The notes beneath the pieces are model-generated. The model made no database searches, was not told where the DNA came from, and was given only the letters and a program-made list of their open reading frames with translations. Made by a program: the position numbers and the translations under genes. This document shows, piece by piece, positions 18,187 to 28,307 of a DNA stretch of 64,000 bases (the stretch's first letter is position 1; each line of letters starts with the position of its first letter). This DNA comes from an uncultured virus (IMG/VR IMGVR_UViG_3300037067_017539) (taxonomy: Duplodnaviria; Heunggongvirae; Uroviricota; Caudoviricetes), in IMG/VR virus record IMGVR_UViG_3300037067_017539; one strand, 5' to 3'.

Positions 18187-21100
18187 ATGTTCTGTAATCT
18201 TCATGTCCACAATGAATACAGCCTTTTGGATGGTGTTGGCAAGGCGGAAGAATGGTGTAAACGGGCCAAAGAATTAGGGCAAACACACCTTGCACTTACG
18301 AATCATGGCAACATCGACGGCTTATTAAATTTTCAATCCGTTGCAAAAAAAATTGGTATCAAGCCGGTTTTGGGTTGTGAATTATATGTGGTTCCTGACA
18401 TTTCAGACAAGAAGAATAAAAGCCGGCAGCATTTAACGGTATTGATAAAAAATGATGCCGGCTTTCAGAATCTTTGCAAAATGTTAAGTACTGCAAATTT
18501 ACAAGGGTTTTATTATAAACCAAGAGTTGATTATTCTATTATTTTAAAAAATTGCGAAGGTCTTGTTTTTTTATCTGGTTGTGCTGCAAGTCCTATTTAT
18601 ACTCCACAAGGCGAAAAGTTTTTCTGGAAATTGCACAGAAAAATAAAAGATGATTTATATTTTGAAATAATGCCTCATCAGTTTTTGCGGCAGATTGATG
18701 TGAATCGCAAGGCAATGATAGCGGCTGAAGAACTTGGTGCAAAAGTTGTTGCAACAAATGATTGCCATTATGTTAATTTTGAAGATGCAGTGCTTCAAGA
18801 AGTTTTGTTGGCCGTACAAATGAAGGCCAAATGGAATGATAAAGATAGGTGGAAGTTTGAAACAACAGGGCTTTATCTTAGGTCTGCAGAAGAAATGTTA
18901 CATGCATTCCAAGAACAAAGTGTTATTCCAAAAGAATTTTTGCTTAAAGCTATTGATAATACAATGGAAGTTGCAATAAAATGTGAAGGTTTTGAAATTA
19001 CAAAGAAGGAAATTTTTTTGCCTCCGGTTGCTGGGGTGCCAACTGAAAAAGAAGGTTCTTACCTGCGGAAGTTATGTTTTGATGGATACAGAAAGATTTT
19101 TGGAACTGATGATTGGGATGAAAGGTATTTAGACCGTTTCAGAGAAGAATTTTTATTGATTAAAAATAAAAATTTTATACGATATTTTTTAATTGTTCAT
19201 GAATTGATTAATTGGTGTGCTGACAATGACATTATGACTGGGCCGGGGCGTGGAAGTGTCGGTGGTAGCTTAATTGCTTATTTGATTGGTATAACGAAAA
19301 GTGTTGATCCAATAAAATATGATTTGTTGTTTTCGAGATTTATTGATGAAAACAGGTTGGATTACCCTGATATTGATATTGACTTTGAAGACACGAAGCG
19401 GGCCTTGATACGCGGACACCTTGAAGAACTGTATGGCAAAAATAATATCGCTTCTGTATCAACCTTTTCTAAGATGAAGGGCAAGGGCGTTATCCGTGAT
19501 GTTTCTCGGGTTTTTGATGTACCATTGGATGAAGTAAATAAGTTTGCAAAGGTTATTGAAGACCCTACAGATAAAAAAGACACAGATTGCGTTTTAAGGG
19601 CTTTAAAAGAAACCCCTGAAGGTTTAGCTTTTAATGAAAAATATCCGAAGGTGGCCGACTTGGCTTGTCGCTTGGAGGGTCAAACAAGAGGATGCGGTCA
19701 ACATGCTGCGGCACTTATTGTTTCGGAAGAAGATTTAACACAAGGCACCAAATGTAATATTTCAACACGCTCAGGGCAGGAAGTTGTTAATTGGGATAAA
19801 GATGCTTGTGAATTTTTGGGCCTTATGAAATTGGATATTTTGGGGCTGGTTCAACTTTCCATTCTGAATGAAGCTCGGCGGTTGGTAAAACAGAATTACG
19901 GCAAAGAAATTGTTTTTGAAAAATTACAACCAACTGATAAAAAAATATTCAAGATGCTTTCCAATGGTGAAACGGTTGGAGTTTTTCAGTTTAATACATG
20001 GGCAACAACAAAACTTACAAAAAGAATAATTATTGATAATTTTAGTTTAATGAGTGACGTGGTTGCATTGGTGCGGCCGGGGCCAGCTGACAGCGGTATG
20101 ACGGAAGATTTTGTTGCTCGTAAACATGGAGCCAAATGGAAGAAAAAGCATCCGATATATGAAGATATTACAAAGTCAACATATGGAATTGTAATTTATC
20201 AGGAACAGGTAATGCAGGTTATTTCTAGGGTTGCCGGTTTAAGTTATTCAACATCCGATAAAATTAGGAAGATCATTTCTAAAAAGCGTGACAAAGCAAT
20301 GTTTGATGAATATAGAACGATGTTCGTTGAAGGTTGTAAGGAACAAAAAACGCTTAGTGAGATTGAAGCTAATAAGTTCTGGGAAGCATTGCAAAGTCAT
20401 TCCAAGTATTCTTTCAACAAGTCTCATTCTATCGAGTATGCATTAATAAGTTATTGGTGTGTTGATGGAACTACGAGGCTTTATGATTGGGATAATAAAA
20501 AATACATCTCTATTTCAAAAGCATTTAAAACAGGAATAAAAAATATTGCTTGTTATGATGAAAAAACAAAGAAAACTGTTTGCGGAAAAGTAAAAAAAAT
20601 AATTAGAACAACTGGGGCTAAAAATGTTGATTTGAAAATGGGTTACAAGGTTCGTATGAAATCTGGAAAAACAATTTGTTGTAGCAAGGATCATAAGTTT
20701 TTAACTTCAAATGGATATGTTGCTTTAAAAGATTTGAATTGTGGTGATTTGGTTGCTGTTGAAAAACGAATTAGTAATTCTTCGAAGCCGGGAGTTGGTG
20801 AAAAAATATCTTTTTCTTTGAAAAAACATTGGATGAACTTATCATCGGATGAAAGAAAAAAAAGATTGGGATTTTGTAGTGCTGGTGGAAAAGAAGCTGC
20901 AAGAATTGGAGTTATGAAAAAACGTTGGAAAACAATGTCTCCGGATGAAAGAGAACGGCGTTTATTGCCGTGGATTGAAGCGGCGGCAAAATCTGAAAAT
21001 GGATTTAAGTCAAGATTTGTTGGTAATGCTAAAGATGGACATATGGTATTTAGTAAAAATGAATATGTTTTAGACAATTGGTTGTTTGAAAATAATTTGA

Positions 21101-21840
21101 AGCATGAAACACAAGTTCAAATAAATGGTAAGTTTGCCGATTTTTATTGCAAAGGGGTTTATATTGAATTTGATGGTATGAATCGACCAGAAAAATATTT
21201 TGAAGATAAATTTGGTGAAGAACCGCTTGTTGTTATTACAAATATAAATCAGATTGAAAATAAATTGCACTTTCTTTTAGAAGAAGATTTTATGAGGAGT
21301 GGTGAAAAAATAATATTTGAACCAATAAAGAAAATTTCTAAATGGAAAAAAAGAGTGATGTATGATGTTGTTATGGAAAAAGAACCTCATAATTTTTTGG
21401 CGAATGGTATTGTTGTTCATAATTGTGCATATCTGAAATTGTATTATCCTGCTGAATTTATTTGTGCAAATTTAACATTTGGGGCAGAAGGCAAAAAGGT
21501 AGAATTGGTTGAAGAAGCTGAACGTTTGGGCTTGAATATTGTTTTCCCGAAAATTGGCATTTCAGATGCCTTTAAATGGGTCGTTAAAGATAAAGACCTG
21601 TTTGTACCTTTTATAGAAATAAAGGGCGTGGGCGACAAAACAGCCGAGAAGTTTGCGGCATACAGAACGCCAACAAAGAAGGGGTTCTTTACGTTGAGCC
21701 CGGTTCCAGTTTCTAATGATGAAGGTGCTGGTAAAATATTGGCAGAAATAGGTGCCTTTGGTGAAAAGCCAACTGGTAAGTTGTCAGATTATTTTTCTTT
21801 TTCTGTTGGCGATTCATCAGGAAAAAATAAATGTCGTTGA
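18187..21840 (+). CDS. dnaE: DNA polymerase III alpha subunit (family C), intein-containing
   Basis: PHP HVHNEYSLLDG, GPGRGS, PDIDIDF, GLMKLDILGL, FNKSHS, HhH IKGVG. Confidence 0.95.
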   Translation: MFCNLHVHNEYSLLDGVGKAEEWCKRAKELGQTHLALTNHGNIDGLLNFQSVAKKIGIKPVLGCELYVVPDISDKKNKSRQHLTVLIKNDAGFQNLCKMLSTANLQGFYYKPRVDYSIILKNCEGLVFLSGCAASPIYTPQGEKFFWKLHRKIKDDLYFEIMPHQFLRQIDVNRKAMIAAEELGAKVVATNDCHYVNFEDAVLQEVLLAVQMKAKWNDKDRWKFETTGLYLRSAEEMLHAFQEQSVIPKEFLLKAIDNTMEVAIKCEGFEITKKEIFLPPVAGVPTEKEGSYLRKLCFDGYRKIFGTDDWDERYLDRFREEFLLIKNKNFIRYFLIVHELINWCADNDIMTGPGRGSVGGSLIAYLIGITKSVDPIKYDLLFSRFIDENRLDYPDIDIDFEDTKRALIRGHLEELYGKNNIASVSTFSKMKGKGVIRDVSRVFDVPLDEVNKFAKVIEDPTDKKDTDCVLRALKETPEGLAFNEKYPKVADLACRLEGQTRGCGQHAAALIVSEEDLTQGTKCNISTRSGQEVVNWDKDACEFLGLMKLDILGLVQLSILNEARRLVKQNYGKEIVFEKLQPTDKKIFKMLSNGETVGVFQFNTWATTKLTKRIIIDNFSLMSDVVALVRPGPADSGMTEDFVARKHGAKWKKKHPIYEDITKSTYGIVIYQEQVMQVISRVAGLSYSTSDKIRKIISKKRDKAMFDEYRTMFVEGCKEQKTLSEIEANKFWEALQSHSKYSFNKSHSIEYALISYWCVDGTTRLYDWDNKKYISISKAFKTGIKNIACYDEKTKKTVCGKVKKIIRTTGAKNVDLKMGYKVRMKSGKTICCSKDHKFLTSNGYVALKDLNCGDLVAVEKRISNSSKPGVGEKISFSLKKHWMNLSSDERKKRLGFCSAGGKEAARIGVMKKRWKTMSPDERERRLLPWIEAAAKSENGFKSRFVGNAKDGHMVFSKNEYVLDNWLFENNLKHETQVQINGKFADFYCKGVYIEFDGMNRPEKYFEDKFGEEPLVVITNINQIENKLHFLLEEDFMRSGEKIIFEPIKKISKWKKRVMYDVVMEKEPHNFLANGIVVHNCAYLKLYYPAEFICANLTFGAEGKKVELVEEAERLGLNIVFPKIGISDAFKWVVKDKDLFVPFIEIKGVGDKTAEKFAAYRTPTKKGFFTLSPVPVSNDEGAGKILAEIGAFGEKPTGKLSDYFSFSVGDSSGKNKCR
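20458..21423 (+). mobile_element. intein in DnaE (322 aa) with PD-(D/E)xK-type endonuclease
   Basis: SYW|CVDGTTRL...CSKDHKFLT...FADFYCKGVYIEFDG...MYDV...HNFLANGIVVHN|CAYLK. Confidence 0.92.
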
Positions 21841-22360
21841 TATGCAGAAAGTTTCTCGGCTTGGCAAATCGTGAGTTATAATTATTTTAAGGTTGGTTGA
21901 GGAACGAAAAGCATTAAAAACAAAGGGGTTGTAAATGGAATATATTGTTTATAAAACATCTGCTTATGTTGACGATAATTTATTTTGTTTTTTTGATTAT
22001 TCTTTCATTTTATATTATTTTAATTTTGATAACAGTTTTATGTTTTTTGTCTTGATTGCCTTGCTTGCCATTTTTGCCCTCGTTTTTAGGCATACTTCCG
22101 GAAACGGTCTGCCAAGAATCAGGGATCAGACTGTTATTTATATTAACCTGTTTGCGAATTCAATAAATAAATATGTTTTATCCCGGCCGGTAGCCGGGTA
22201 TTTTAACCTTCTTCAAAAAATTAGGGATGGCCCCAATCAAAACATTAAATAACATAACCGGTCAATGCCAAAGAATAAGAGATGGGCCGGAAGCGTCCCT
22301 TATAAAAAATCAAATAAACAAGTTTATGATTGTTAAAATAAAAATAATTGTGGAGGAACA

Positions 22361-23272
22361 ATGGCAAAAGAAAGACAAGAATTACATCTTAAATACAGGC
22401 CAAAGAATTTTGATGAATATATTGGTAATCAAGTTATGATAAGTTCGTTGGTCGGGTCTTTGGAACGAACAAGAACTTTTTTGCTTACGGGGCCTCGGGG
22501 TTGTGGGAAAACAACGATATCTCGTTTAATAGCAAATGAAGTTGGTGCATCTGAAATGGATGTTATTGAAATTGATGCGGCAGACAATACCGGTATTGAT
22601 GGTGCAAGGGCAATAAAAGAATCTGCCCAATATTCACCGCTTGGCAACGGCAAGTTCAAGGTTTATATCATTGATGAGTGTCACAGGTTGACAGGTAATG
22701 CTTTTGATTCGCTTCTTAAAACATTGGAAAATCCTCCTCCGCATTGTTATTTTGTTCTTTGTACAACCGAGGAAAACAAGGTTCCAAAAACGATTAAAAG
22801 CCGGGCTAAATGTTATTCGGTAAAACCACTTGACGATAAAGGCATGAAATTTCTGATTCGGTGGGTCTGTCATGACGAAGGTATAACGTTGTCGCAGGCC
22901 GTAAAACAGGCCATTATGGAGTGTTGTGAAGGCGTACCGAGGGAAATTATCGTTGCGATAGATATGGTTCGGGATGTTGAAAATGAAGTCGATGCATTAT
23001 CGCTTATTTCTACATCTGTTAACCATATTGTTAAAGACCTTATTCAGGCTTTGCTTTATGGTAAAAAGTGGAAAGAAATTACTGTAATTTTGAAAGCACT
23101 TACAGATGAACCGGAAAAAGTTCGGTATGCGGTATTGGGATATATGAATGCGGTTTTGCTTGGTGGTAAACCGAATGACAGGGCAGCAATGATTATTGAA
23201 CAATTTTTGGAATCGTTTATGTATACTGGCAAGGCCGGGTTAACGTATGCTTGTTATATGGCGTCCAAATAA
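22361..23272 (+). CDS. dnaX: clamp loader AAA+ subunit (DnaX gamma/tau-like)
   Basis: KYRP, GPRGCGKTT, EIDAAD, IIDECH, LLKTLE, TIKSR. Confidence 0.85.
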   Translation: MAKERQELHLKYRPKNFDEYIGNQVMISSLVGSLERTRTFLLTGPRGCGKTTISRLIANEVGASEMDVIEIDAADNTGIDGARAIKESAQYSPLGNGKFKVYIIDECHRLTGNAFDSLLKTLENPPPHCYFVLCTTEENKVPKTIKSRAKCYSVKPLDDKGMKFLIRWVCHDEGITLSQAVKQAIMECCEGVPREIIVAIDMVRDVENEVDALSLISTSVNHIVKDLIQALLYGKKWKEITVILKALTDEPEKVRYAVLGYMNAVLLGGKPNDRAAMIIEQFLESFMYTGKAGLTYACYMASK

Positions 23273-23289
23273 TTGGAGACATTGTAAAA

Positions 23290-23697
23290 ATGAAATATAA
23301 ATTTGTATCTTTTATATTGATGTTTGCTATTTTGATTTTTTTTTCAGGGTGTGCATCAACTCAAATAGCAACTGGAATTGGAAAAAGTATTGGTTCTTCA
23401 TTTCAAAAGTCTGCGGAATCTGGTGAAATTTCTGCCGAAAAATCAATAAAGGCGTGGCCTTATGTGTCTGGTCAGATAAAAGGAATTTTTGCAGATGATT
23501 TTAAATTGAATATGCCAATTATTATTCAAAATATTATGGTCAATCTTGACGAATTAGCAAAAAATAATACTTTGACGGAAGAAGATAAGGGTAAAATAAT
23601 TGGATACTTTGTGAGGCTTGAAATTCTTATGGCAAATATTGTTTTAGATAAATATGGAGTTGGCCTTTATGATTTGGTTGTTAATTTTATAAAATAG
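23290..23697 (+). CDS. lipoprotein
   Basis: MKYKFVSFILMFAILIFFSG-C lipobox. Confidence 0.7.
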   Translation: MKYKFVSFILMFAILIFFSGCASTQIATGIGKSIGSSFQKSAESGEISAEKSIKAWPYVSGQIKGIFADDFKLNMPIIIQNIMVNLDELAKNNTLTEEDKGKIIGYFVRLEILMANIVLDKYGVGLYDLVVNFIK

Positions 23698-23711
23698 AAG
23701 GGGTTTGTAAG

Positions 23712-24224
23712 GTGACTGAATTAAATTATGAAGAAGATGTTGCGGTTGGTAAAAATCTTGATGATGAATGGATTCGTCAACCGGGCCTTTATGCTAATTG
23801 GTCAATAAAGTATGCCGAAGCATTGGCCAGAAAAGATCGTATTTGGCTGGATAAAAAAGTTTTGGTTGCCGAACAGTATAAAAAAGTAAAGTCTGATGTA
23901 GAAATGGCCGGCAAAAAGATTACAGATAAAGGCATTGAAGCCGAAATAAGGTCAACACCTGAATACAGAGAAGTTTCTGCCAAACTTATTGATGCCGAAG
24001 AAGAAGTTAATAAGCTTGATGCTGTTAAGTGGGCGATGGAACAGAAGAAAAAGTCACTTGAAAATTTATCTCGGGACGATTCGGTTGGTTATCACATGTC
24101 AAGTGGTTATTCTGATCCAACAAGCAATACAGACAGGGCCGTGGAGCGTAAAAATCAACAATCCATTGAACAGGATGTTGAAATTAGAAAAGGTCTTAAA
24201 ATCAACAGAAACAACCGGGGTTAG
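23712..24224 (+). CDS. UvsY-like recombination mediator
   Basis: LDDEWIRQPGLY...KITDKGIEAEI...PEY; upstream of SSB and RecA. Confidence 0.6.
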   Translation: MTELNYEEDVAVGKNLDDEWIRQPGLYANWSIKYAEALARKDRIWLDKKVLVAEQYKKVKSDVEMAGKKITDKGIEAEIRSTPEYREVSAKLIDAEEEVNKLDAVKWAMEQKKKSLENLSRDDSVGYHMSSGYSDPTSNTDRAVERKNQQSIEQDVEIRKGLKINRNNRG

Positions 24225-24232
24225 TGGTAATC

Positions 24233-24400
24233 ATGATTGACTTATTAAAAAACATATTTTACGTTCTTTCAGGGCTGGCTTTAATTTATATAGTTGGGCG
24301 GATATTTGTTTACGGTTTTTTCTTAAGTTATTTTCAAGCAAAATATAATTTGACAAAACGTGTTAAAAAAGAGGAGATTGACAATGGCAAGACCGAGTAG
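24233..24400 (+). CDS. small membrane protein (55 aa, not in ORF track)
   Basis: MIDLLKNIFYVLSGLALIYIVGRIFVYGFFLSY... Confidence 0.5.
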   Translation: MIDLLKNIFYVLSGLALIYIVGRIFVYGFFLSYFQAKYNLTKRVKKEEIDNGKTE

Positions 24401-25610
24401 AAGATCAATGAAAGAGGAATTGCAAAGCCGGCAAAATACAGAAAGTAATCAATACAGGAATACTTCCAGTTTGTTCAGGAAAGATTTGGAAGGCGTAAAG
24501 TTTTTCAAGTGTAAAGAGGGCTCGAACATTTTTGATATTATTCCATATGTTACTGGTGAAAATGATCCCATTTCCGGGCCGGGTAAATATGCATATGTGT
24601 TACGGGTTTTCGTTCATAAAAATGCTTCAGTTACCGGTGGAGATATTATTTGTCTTGAACAAACTTTTCCGAACAAAAAATGCAAGTGTCCGGTGTGTGC
24701 AGAATATCGTAAAAGAGCGGCGCAAGGTGCAATAAAAGAAGAATTGATGCCGTTGAAATATGCAGCTTGGCCAAGAACGCTGTATAATGTGTGGGATAAA
24801 AAAGACCCGAATGCCGGTGTACAGGTTTTTCATACTTCTGCATATTTATTCCAGCAATATTTGGATGTGATTTCTAAAAAAACGAATCTTCGTGGTGGCA
24901 GTATGATTGAAGCTTATATTCCATTTGCAGACCCCGACGACGGCCGGTCTATTGCTTTTGATCGGCAAGGCATGGACGAAAAGACAAAGTTTATTGGCGT
25001 ACGGTTTGAAGATCGGGACGAAATTATTCCGGATGAAATATTGGATGCGGCGAAGTGCCTTGATGACTTGATTGCAGTTCCGACAGAAGCAGAAGCCTAT
25101 GAACAGTTTTGGGGAACCCCAAAAGAAGGCGAAGAACGGGCTGTTAGACGTGAACCAGTTGATCCGGATAAGGTAGCAAGAAGACCCAAATACGAACCAA
25201 AAGAACCGGTTCCGGCAGCTGAAAAACCTGTAAGCGACAAAAAGGCAGCATTGCTTAAACAACTTGCAGAAATTGAAGAAGAATCAGTTGTTGATGATAT
25301 CCCGCCTGAAGTTGAAGAAACCGAAGAAGAACGGGAAGAACGTGAACTTGAAGAAAAGCTTGCTGCAATGAAAGCGGCTAAAGCGACCAAAGCGACCAAA
25401 GATATGAAGCCGGAAGAAGTAAAGTCTATTCCGAAAACAAATGCCAAACCGGAACCGAAACCGGAACCGGAGAAGACTGTTTCTTCTGGTGGAAAATGTC
25501 CCGGTGGCGGTACTTTTGGTGTGGATATTGATGAACTTAAAGAATGCGATAGTTGTCCGTTATGGAAAGATTGTGCAAGAGAACAAGATCGAATTGAGCG
25601 TGAAAGTTAA
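24384..25610 (+). CDS. single-stranded DNA-binding protein (gp32-like) with acidic tail and C-terminal Cys motif
   Basis: H..IICL...CPVC, DPDDGRSI.F; position before recA; RBS GAGGAG. Confidence 0.7.
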   Translation: MARPSRRSMKEELQSRQNTESNQYRNTSSLFRKDLEGVKFFKCKEGSNIFDIIPYVTGENDPISGPGKYAYVLRVFVHKNASVTGGDIICLEQTFPNKKCKCPVCAEYRKRAAQGAIKEELMPLKYAAWPRTLYNVWDKKDPNAGVQVFHTSAYLFQQYLDVISKKTNLRGGSMIEAYIPFADPDDGRSIAFDRQGMDEKTKFIGVRFEDRDEIIPDEILDAAKCLDDLIAVPTEAEAYEQFWGTPKEGEERAVRREPVDPDKVARRPKYEPKEPVPAAEKPVSDKKAALLKQLAEIEEESVVDDIPPEVEETEEEREERELEEKLAAMKAAKATKATKDMKPEEVKSIPKTNAKPEPKPEPEKTVSSGGKCPGGGTFGVDIDELKECDSCPLWKDCAREQDRIERES

Positions 25611-25646
25611 AACAATCTGAACGGCGATTTACATTAACATATTGAT

Positions 25647-25681
25647 AGTAAAGCCGGCAAATTATCGCCGGCTTTACTTTT
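25647..25681 (+). terminator. intrinsic terminator
   Basis: AGTAAAGCCGGC...GCCGGCTTTACTTTT. Confidence 0.75.
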
Positions 25682-25696
25682 AACCAAAGGAGCGTT

Positions 25697-26770
25697 ATGA
25701 AAATTGAAAGAGCGGCAGAACCAAAAGCAAAAGAACTTGTTTGCTTAAAAAATACCGAGCATTTATCGGTTGAATTTCTTAATAGTGGTTCAACAATGAT
25801 TAATTTAGCTGGTTCTAACAAGGGTTTGAGTGGTGGCTGGGCCAGAGGTAGAATTATCAATTTTGTTGGTGACGGCTCCAGCGGAAAAACGCTTATGGCT
25901 TTGGAACTGGCGGCATATGTTTTTTATAATATGCTTGGTAATAAAAGTCATAATTTTCCTGATGTAAAAAAAGTTCGAATTATTTATGATAATACGGAAG
26001 GGGTTATGGATTTCCCGATTGATCAAATGTATGGTCAAGATTTTGTTGATGGTGTTGAATGGATTAGTTCAAAAACAGTACAGGGATTTGGTCGGAATAT
26101 AGCAAGAGAAGTTGGTGGGAATAAGCCCGGTGAAATGTTGCTTTATATTGTTGATAGTCTTGATGCACTTGCTTCACAAGAAGGCCTTGATAGATTTGAA
26201 AAAGCTGCAAAAACCGATAAAGAAGAAGATGGAACATATGGTACAGAAAAAGCGGCGTATTTAAGTAAAAGTTTTTTCTGCAATATGTGTTCAATTATGG
26301 AAAAAAAAGATGTAACTGTTCTTATTATTTCTCAAATAAGGCAAAAAATCGGAGTCACTTTTGGTGAAAAATATAATAGGGCTGGCGGTAAAGCACTTGA
26401 TTTTTATACTCATCAAGTTTGTTGGTTTGCCGAGATTGAAAAAATCAAGAAAACGTTTCGTGGAGAAGATCGGGTGATTGGTGTAAGAACAATGGCAAAG
26501 TTCAAACGGAATAAAGTGTCTAAACCTTTTCGGGAAGCAACATTGTTGATATTGTTTGATTACGGTGTTGATGATATTGGTAGTAATTTAGCTTATCTTT
26601 ATGGGCCAAAAGTTCGTGAATTAAGCTGGGACGGTGAAAATTATAAACGTGCTGATTTGATAAAGAAAATTGAAGATGAAGGTTTGCAAAAAGAATTGGC
26701 AATGCGGACGGAAGAATATTGGTTGGAAATTGAAGAAGCCGTTAAGCCAAACCGTTTAAAAAGGTATTGA
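25697..26770 (+). CDS. recA: RecA/UvsX-like recombinase
   Basis: GDGSSGKT, IVDSLDAL, ISQIRQKIGVTFG, GGKALDFY. Confidence 0.9.
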   Translation: MKIERAAEPKAKELVCLKNTEHLSVEFLNSGSTMINLAGSNKGLSGGWARGRIINFVGDGSSGKTLMALELAAYVFYNMLGNKSHNFPDVKKVRIIYDNTEGVMDFPIDQMYGQDFVDGVEWISSKTVQGFGRNIAREVGGNKPGEMLLYIVDSLDALASQEGLDRFEKAAKTDKEEDGTYGTEKAAYLSKSFFCNMCSIMEKKDVTVLIISQIRQKIGVTFGEKYNRAGGKALDFYTHQVCWFAEIEKIKKTFRGEDRVIGVRTMAKFKRNKVSKPFREATLLILFDYGVDDIGSNLAYLYGPKVRELSWDGENYKRADLIKKIEDEGLQKELAMRTEEYWLEIEEAVKPNRLKRY

Positions 26771-26771
26771 T

Positions 26772-27647
26772 ATGAAAATAATAATGGATTGCCATTATGT
26801 GACTTATCGTGGCGCTTATGGCATGGAGAATTTGTCGTATGATGGACAGCAAACTCATATAATTTTTGATTTTATGCGGCAAGTTCTTAAACTGGCGTTG
26901 AAGTTCCAAACCGATCAATTTATTTTTTGTTTTGATTCTGCAAATTCTTACCGAGAACTTGTTTATCCTGCGTATAAAGACCACAGAAAAGACGATAAAA
27001 AAACACCTGAAGAAATAGCCATAATCAAGGAAATACGGCGACAGCGGTATGAACTGCGGGAAAACGTTCTTTCGTATGTGGGTTTTAGAAACATCGTTAT
27101 GCAAAGCGGCTATGAATCCGATGATATTATGGCGTTGATTGTAAAAAATAATCCAGATGAAGAATTTATTGTGGTTGCAAAGGATAAGGATTTATATCAG
27201 TTTTTAGAGGGCGATAGGGTAATGTTGTATGACTTTAAAAAGCTTTATACACAGGCCAATTTTGAAGATGAATACTTTGGTTTGAAGCCTGAACAATGGA
27301 GTCGTGTAAAGGCAATTGCCGGATGCCGGTCGGATAATGTTGCCGGAATTGAAAGGGTTGGTGATAAAACAGCGGTAAAATATTTACTTGGTATGTTGAA
27401 TAAGGGCAAGATTTTTGATAAAATCAATTCTGATGAAAGTAAAAAACTTATTGAAACAAATTTACCACTTGTTTCATTGCCGTATTCAAACGGTAGGAAA
27501 CAACTAAAGGTTGATTTGGTTGTGGACGAAATTGATCTTAATATGATGAAAAGTTGTTTTGGTCAATACGGTTTCCGGTATTTTTTACAGGAAGAACAAT
27601 GGGACAAATGGGAAACGGCATTCGTCAATGCAATTATTCCATTTTAA
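26772..27647 (+). CDS. 5'-3' exonuclease / flap endonuclease
   Basis: FCFD, YPAYK, GYESDD, DKDLYQ, GCRSDNVAGIERVGDKTA. Confidence 0.9.
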   Translation: MKIIMDCHYVTYRGAYGMENLSYDGQQTHIIFDFMRQVLKLALKFQTDQFIFCFDSANSYRELVYPAYKDHRKDDKKTPEEIAIIKEIRRQRYELRENVLSYVGFRNIVMQSGYESDDIMALIVKNNPDEEFIVVAKDKDLYQFLEGDRVMLYDFKKLYTQANFEDEYFGLKPEQWSRVKAIAGCRSDNVAGIERVGDKTAVKYLLGMLNKGKIFDKINSDESKKLIETNLPLVSLPYSNGRKQLKVDLVVDEIDLNMMKSCFGQYGFRYFLQEEQWDKWETAFVNAIIPF

Positions 27648-27660
27648 AAAGGGGTTTGAT

Positions 27661-28272
27661 ATGGCAAAGGGCGGTTCGTATGAAAATGAGATTGCCAAAC
27701 TGCTTTCTATTTGGTGGACAGATGGCGATAGAGAAGATGTTTTTGGTCGGTCAGATGCTTCCGGAGCAAGGTTTACAGTTAGACGGAAAGCCGGTAAAAA
27801 TACGGCAAATCAGGCCGGTGATTTAACATTTAATGATTCGGTTGGGGAACCGCTTATAGCGGCGTGGAGCATTGAATGTAAGACTGGGTATGCCACTAAA
27901 AATAATATAAAAGATAAGGCCGGCAAGGTAATTAAAAAAGTGGAAATTCGCTGGGACGTTTTGGATTTTTTGGATTCAACACAAATGGAACCAGTACTGC
28001 GGAAATTTTGGAACCAGTGCAAAAAAGATGCTGATTTATCTGGAAGGGAACCAGTTTTGATTTTTCGGCGTAATAGACGAAAAAGTTGTATTGCAATCCG
28101 GAATGATTATTTTTTTAATATAAAGTTGGGTGAATCACCTTGTCCGTTCGATAGAATTGATTTGACCCTGCAAGGTGGGGACAATCTTTCTATTTTCAAT
28201 TTAAATGATTTTCTTTTTTGGTCACGAAATCTGAAAAAAGTTTTAATAAATAATTTCTCCAATAAGCAATAA
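27661..28272 (+). CDS. Holliday junction resolvase-like PD-(D/E)xK nuclease
   Basis: MAKGGSYENEIAK, GDL, SIECK, FWNQC, PVLIFRRNR. Confidence 0.75.
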   Translation: MAKGGSYENEIAKLLSIWWTDGDREDVFGRSDASGARFTVRRKAGKNTANQAGDLTFNDSVGEPLIAAWSIECKTGYATKNNIKDKAGKVIKKVEIRWDVLDFLDSTQMEPVLRKFWNQCKKDADLSGREPVLIFRRNRRKSCIAIRNDYFFNIKLGESPCPFDRIDLTLQGGDNLSIFNLNDFLFWSRNLKKVLINNFSNKQ

Positions 28273-28307
28273 AACGGGTATAATTATTTCATGGAGGAAA
28301 TTAACTG

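Noticed and set aside
21935..22252. 105-aa hydrophobic ORF as a confident CDS
   Set aside because: Low-complexity T-rich sequence and no recognisable motif; an RBS-like GGGG exists, so it is not excluded.
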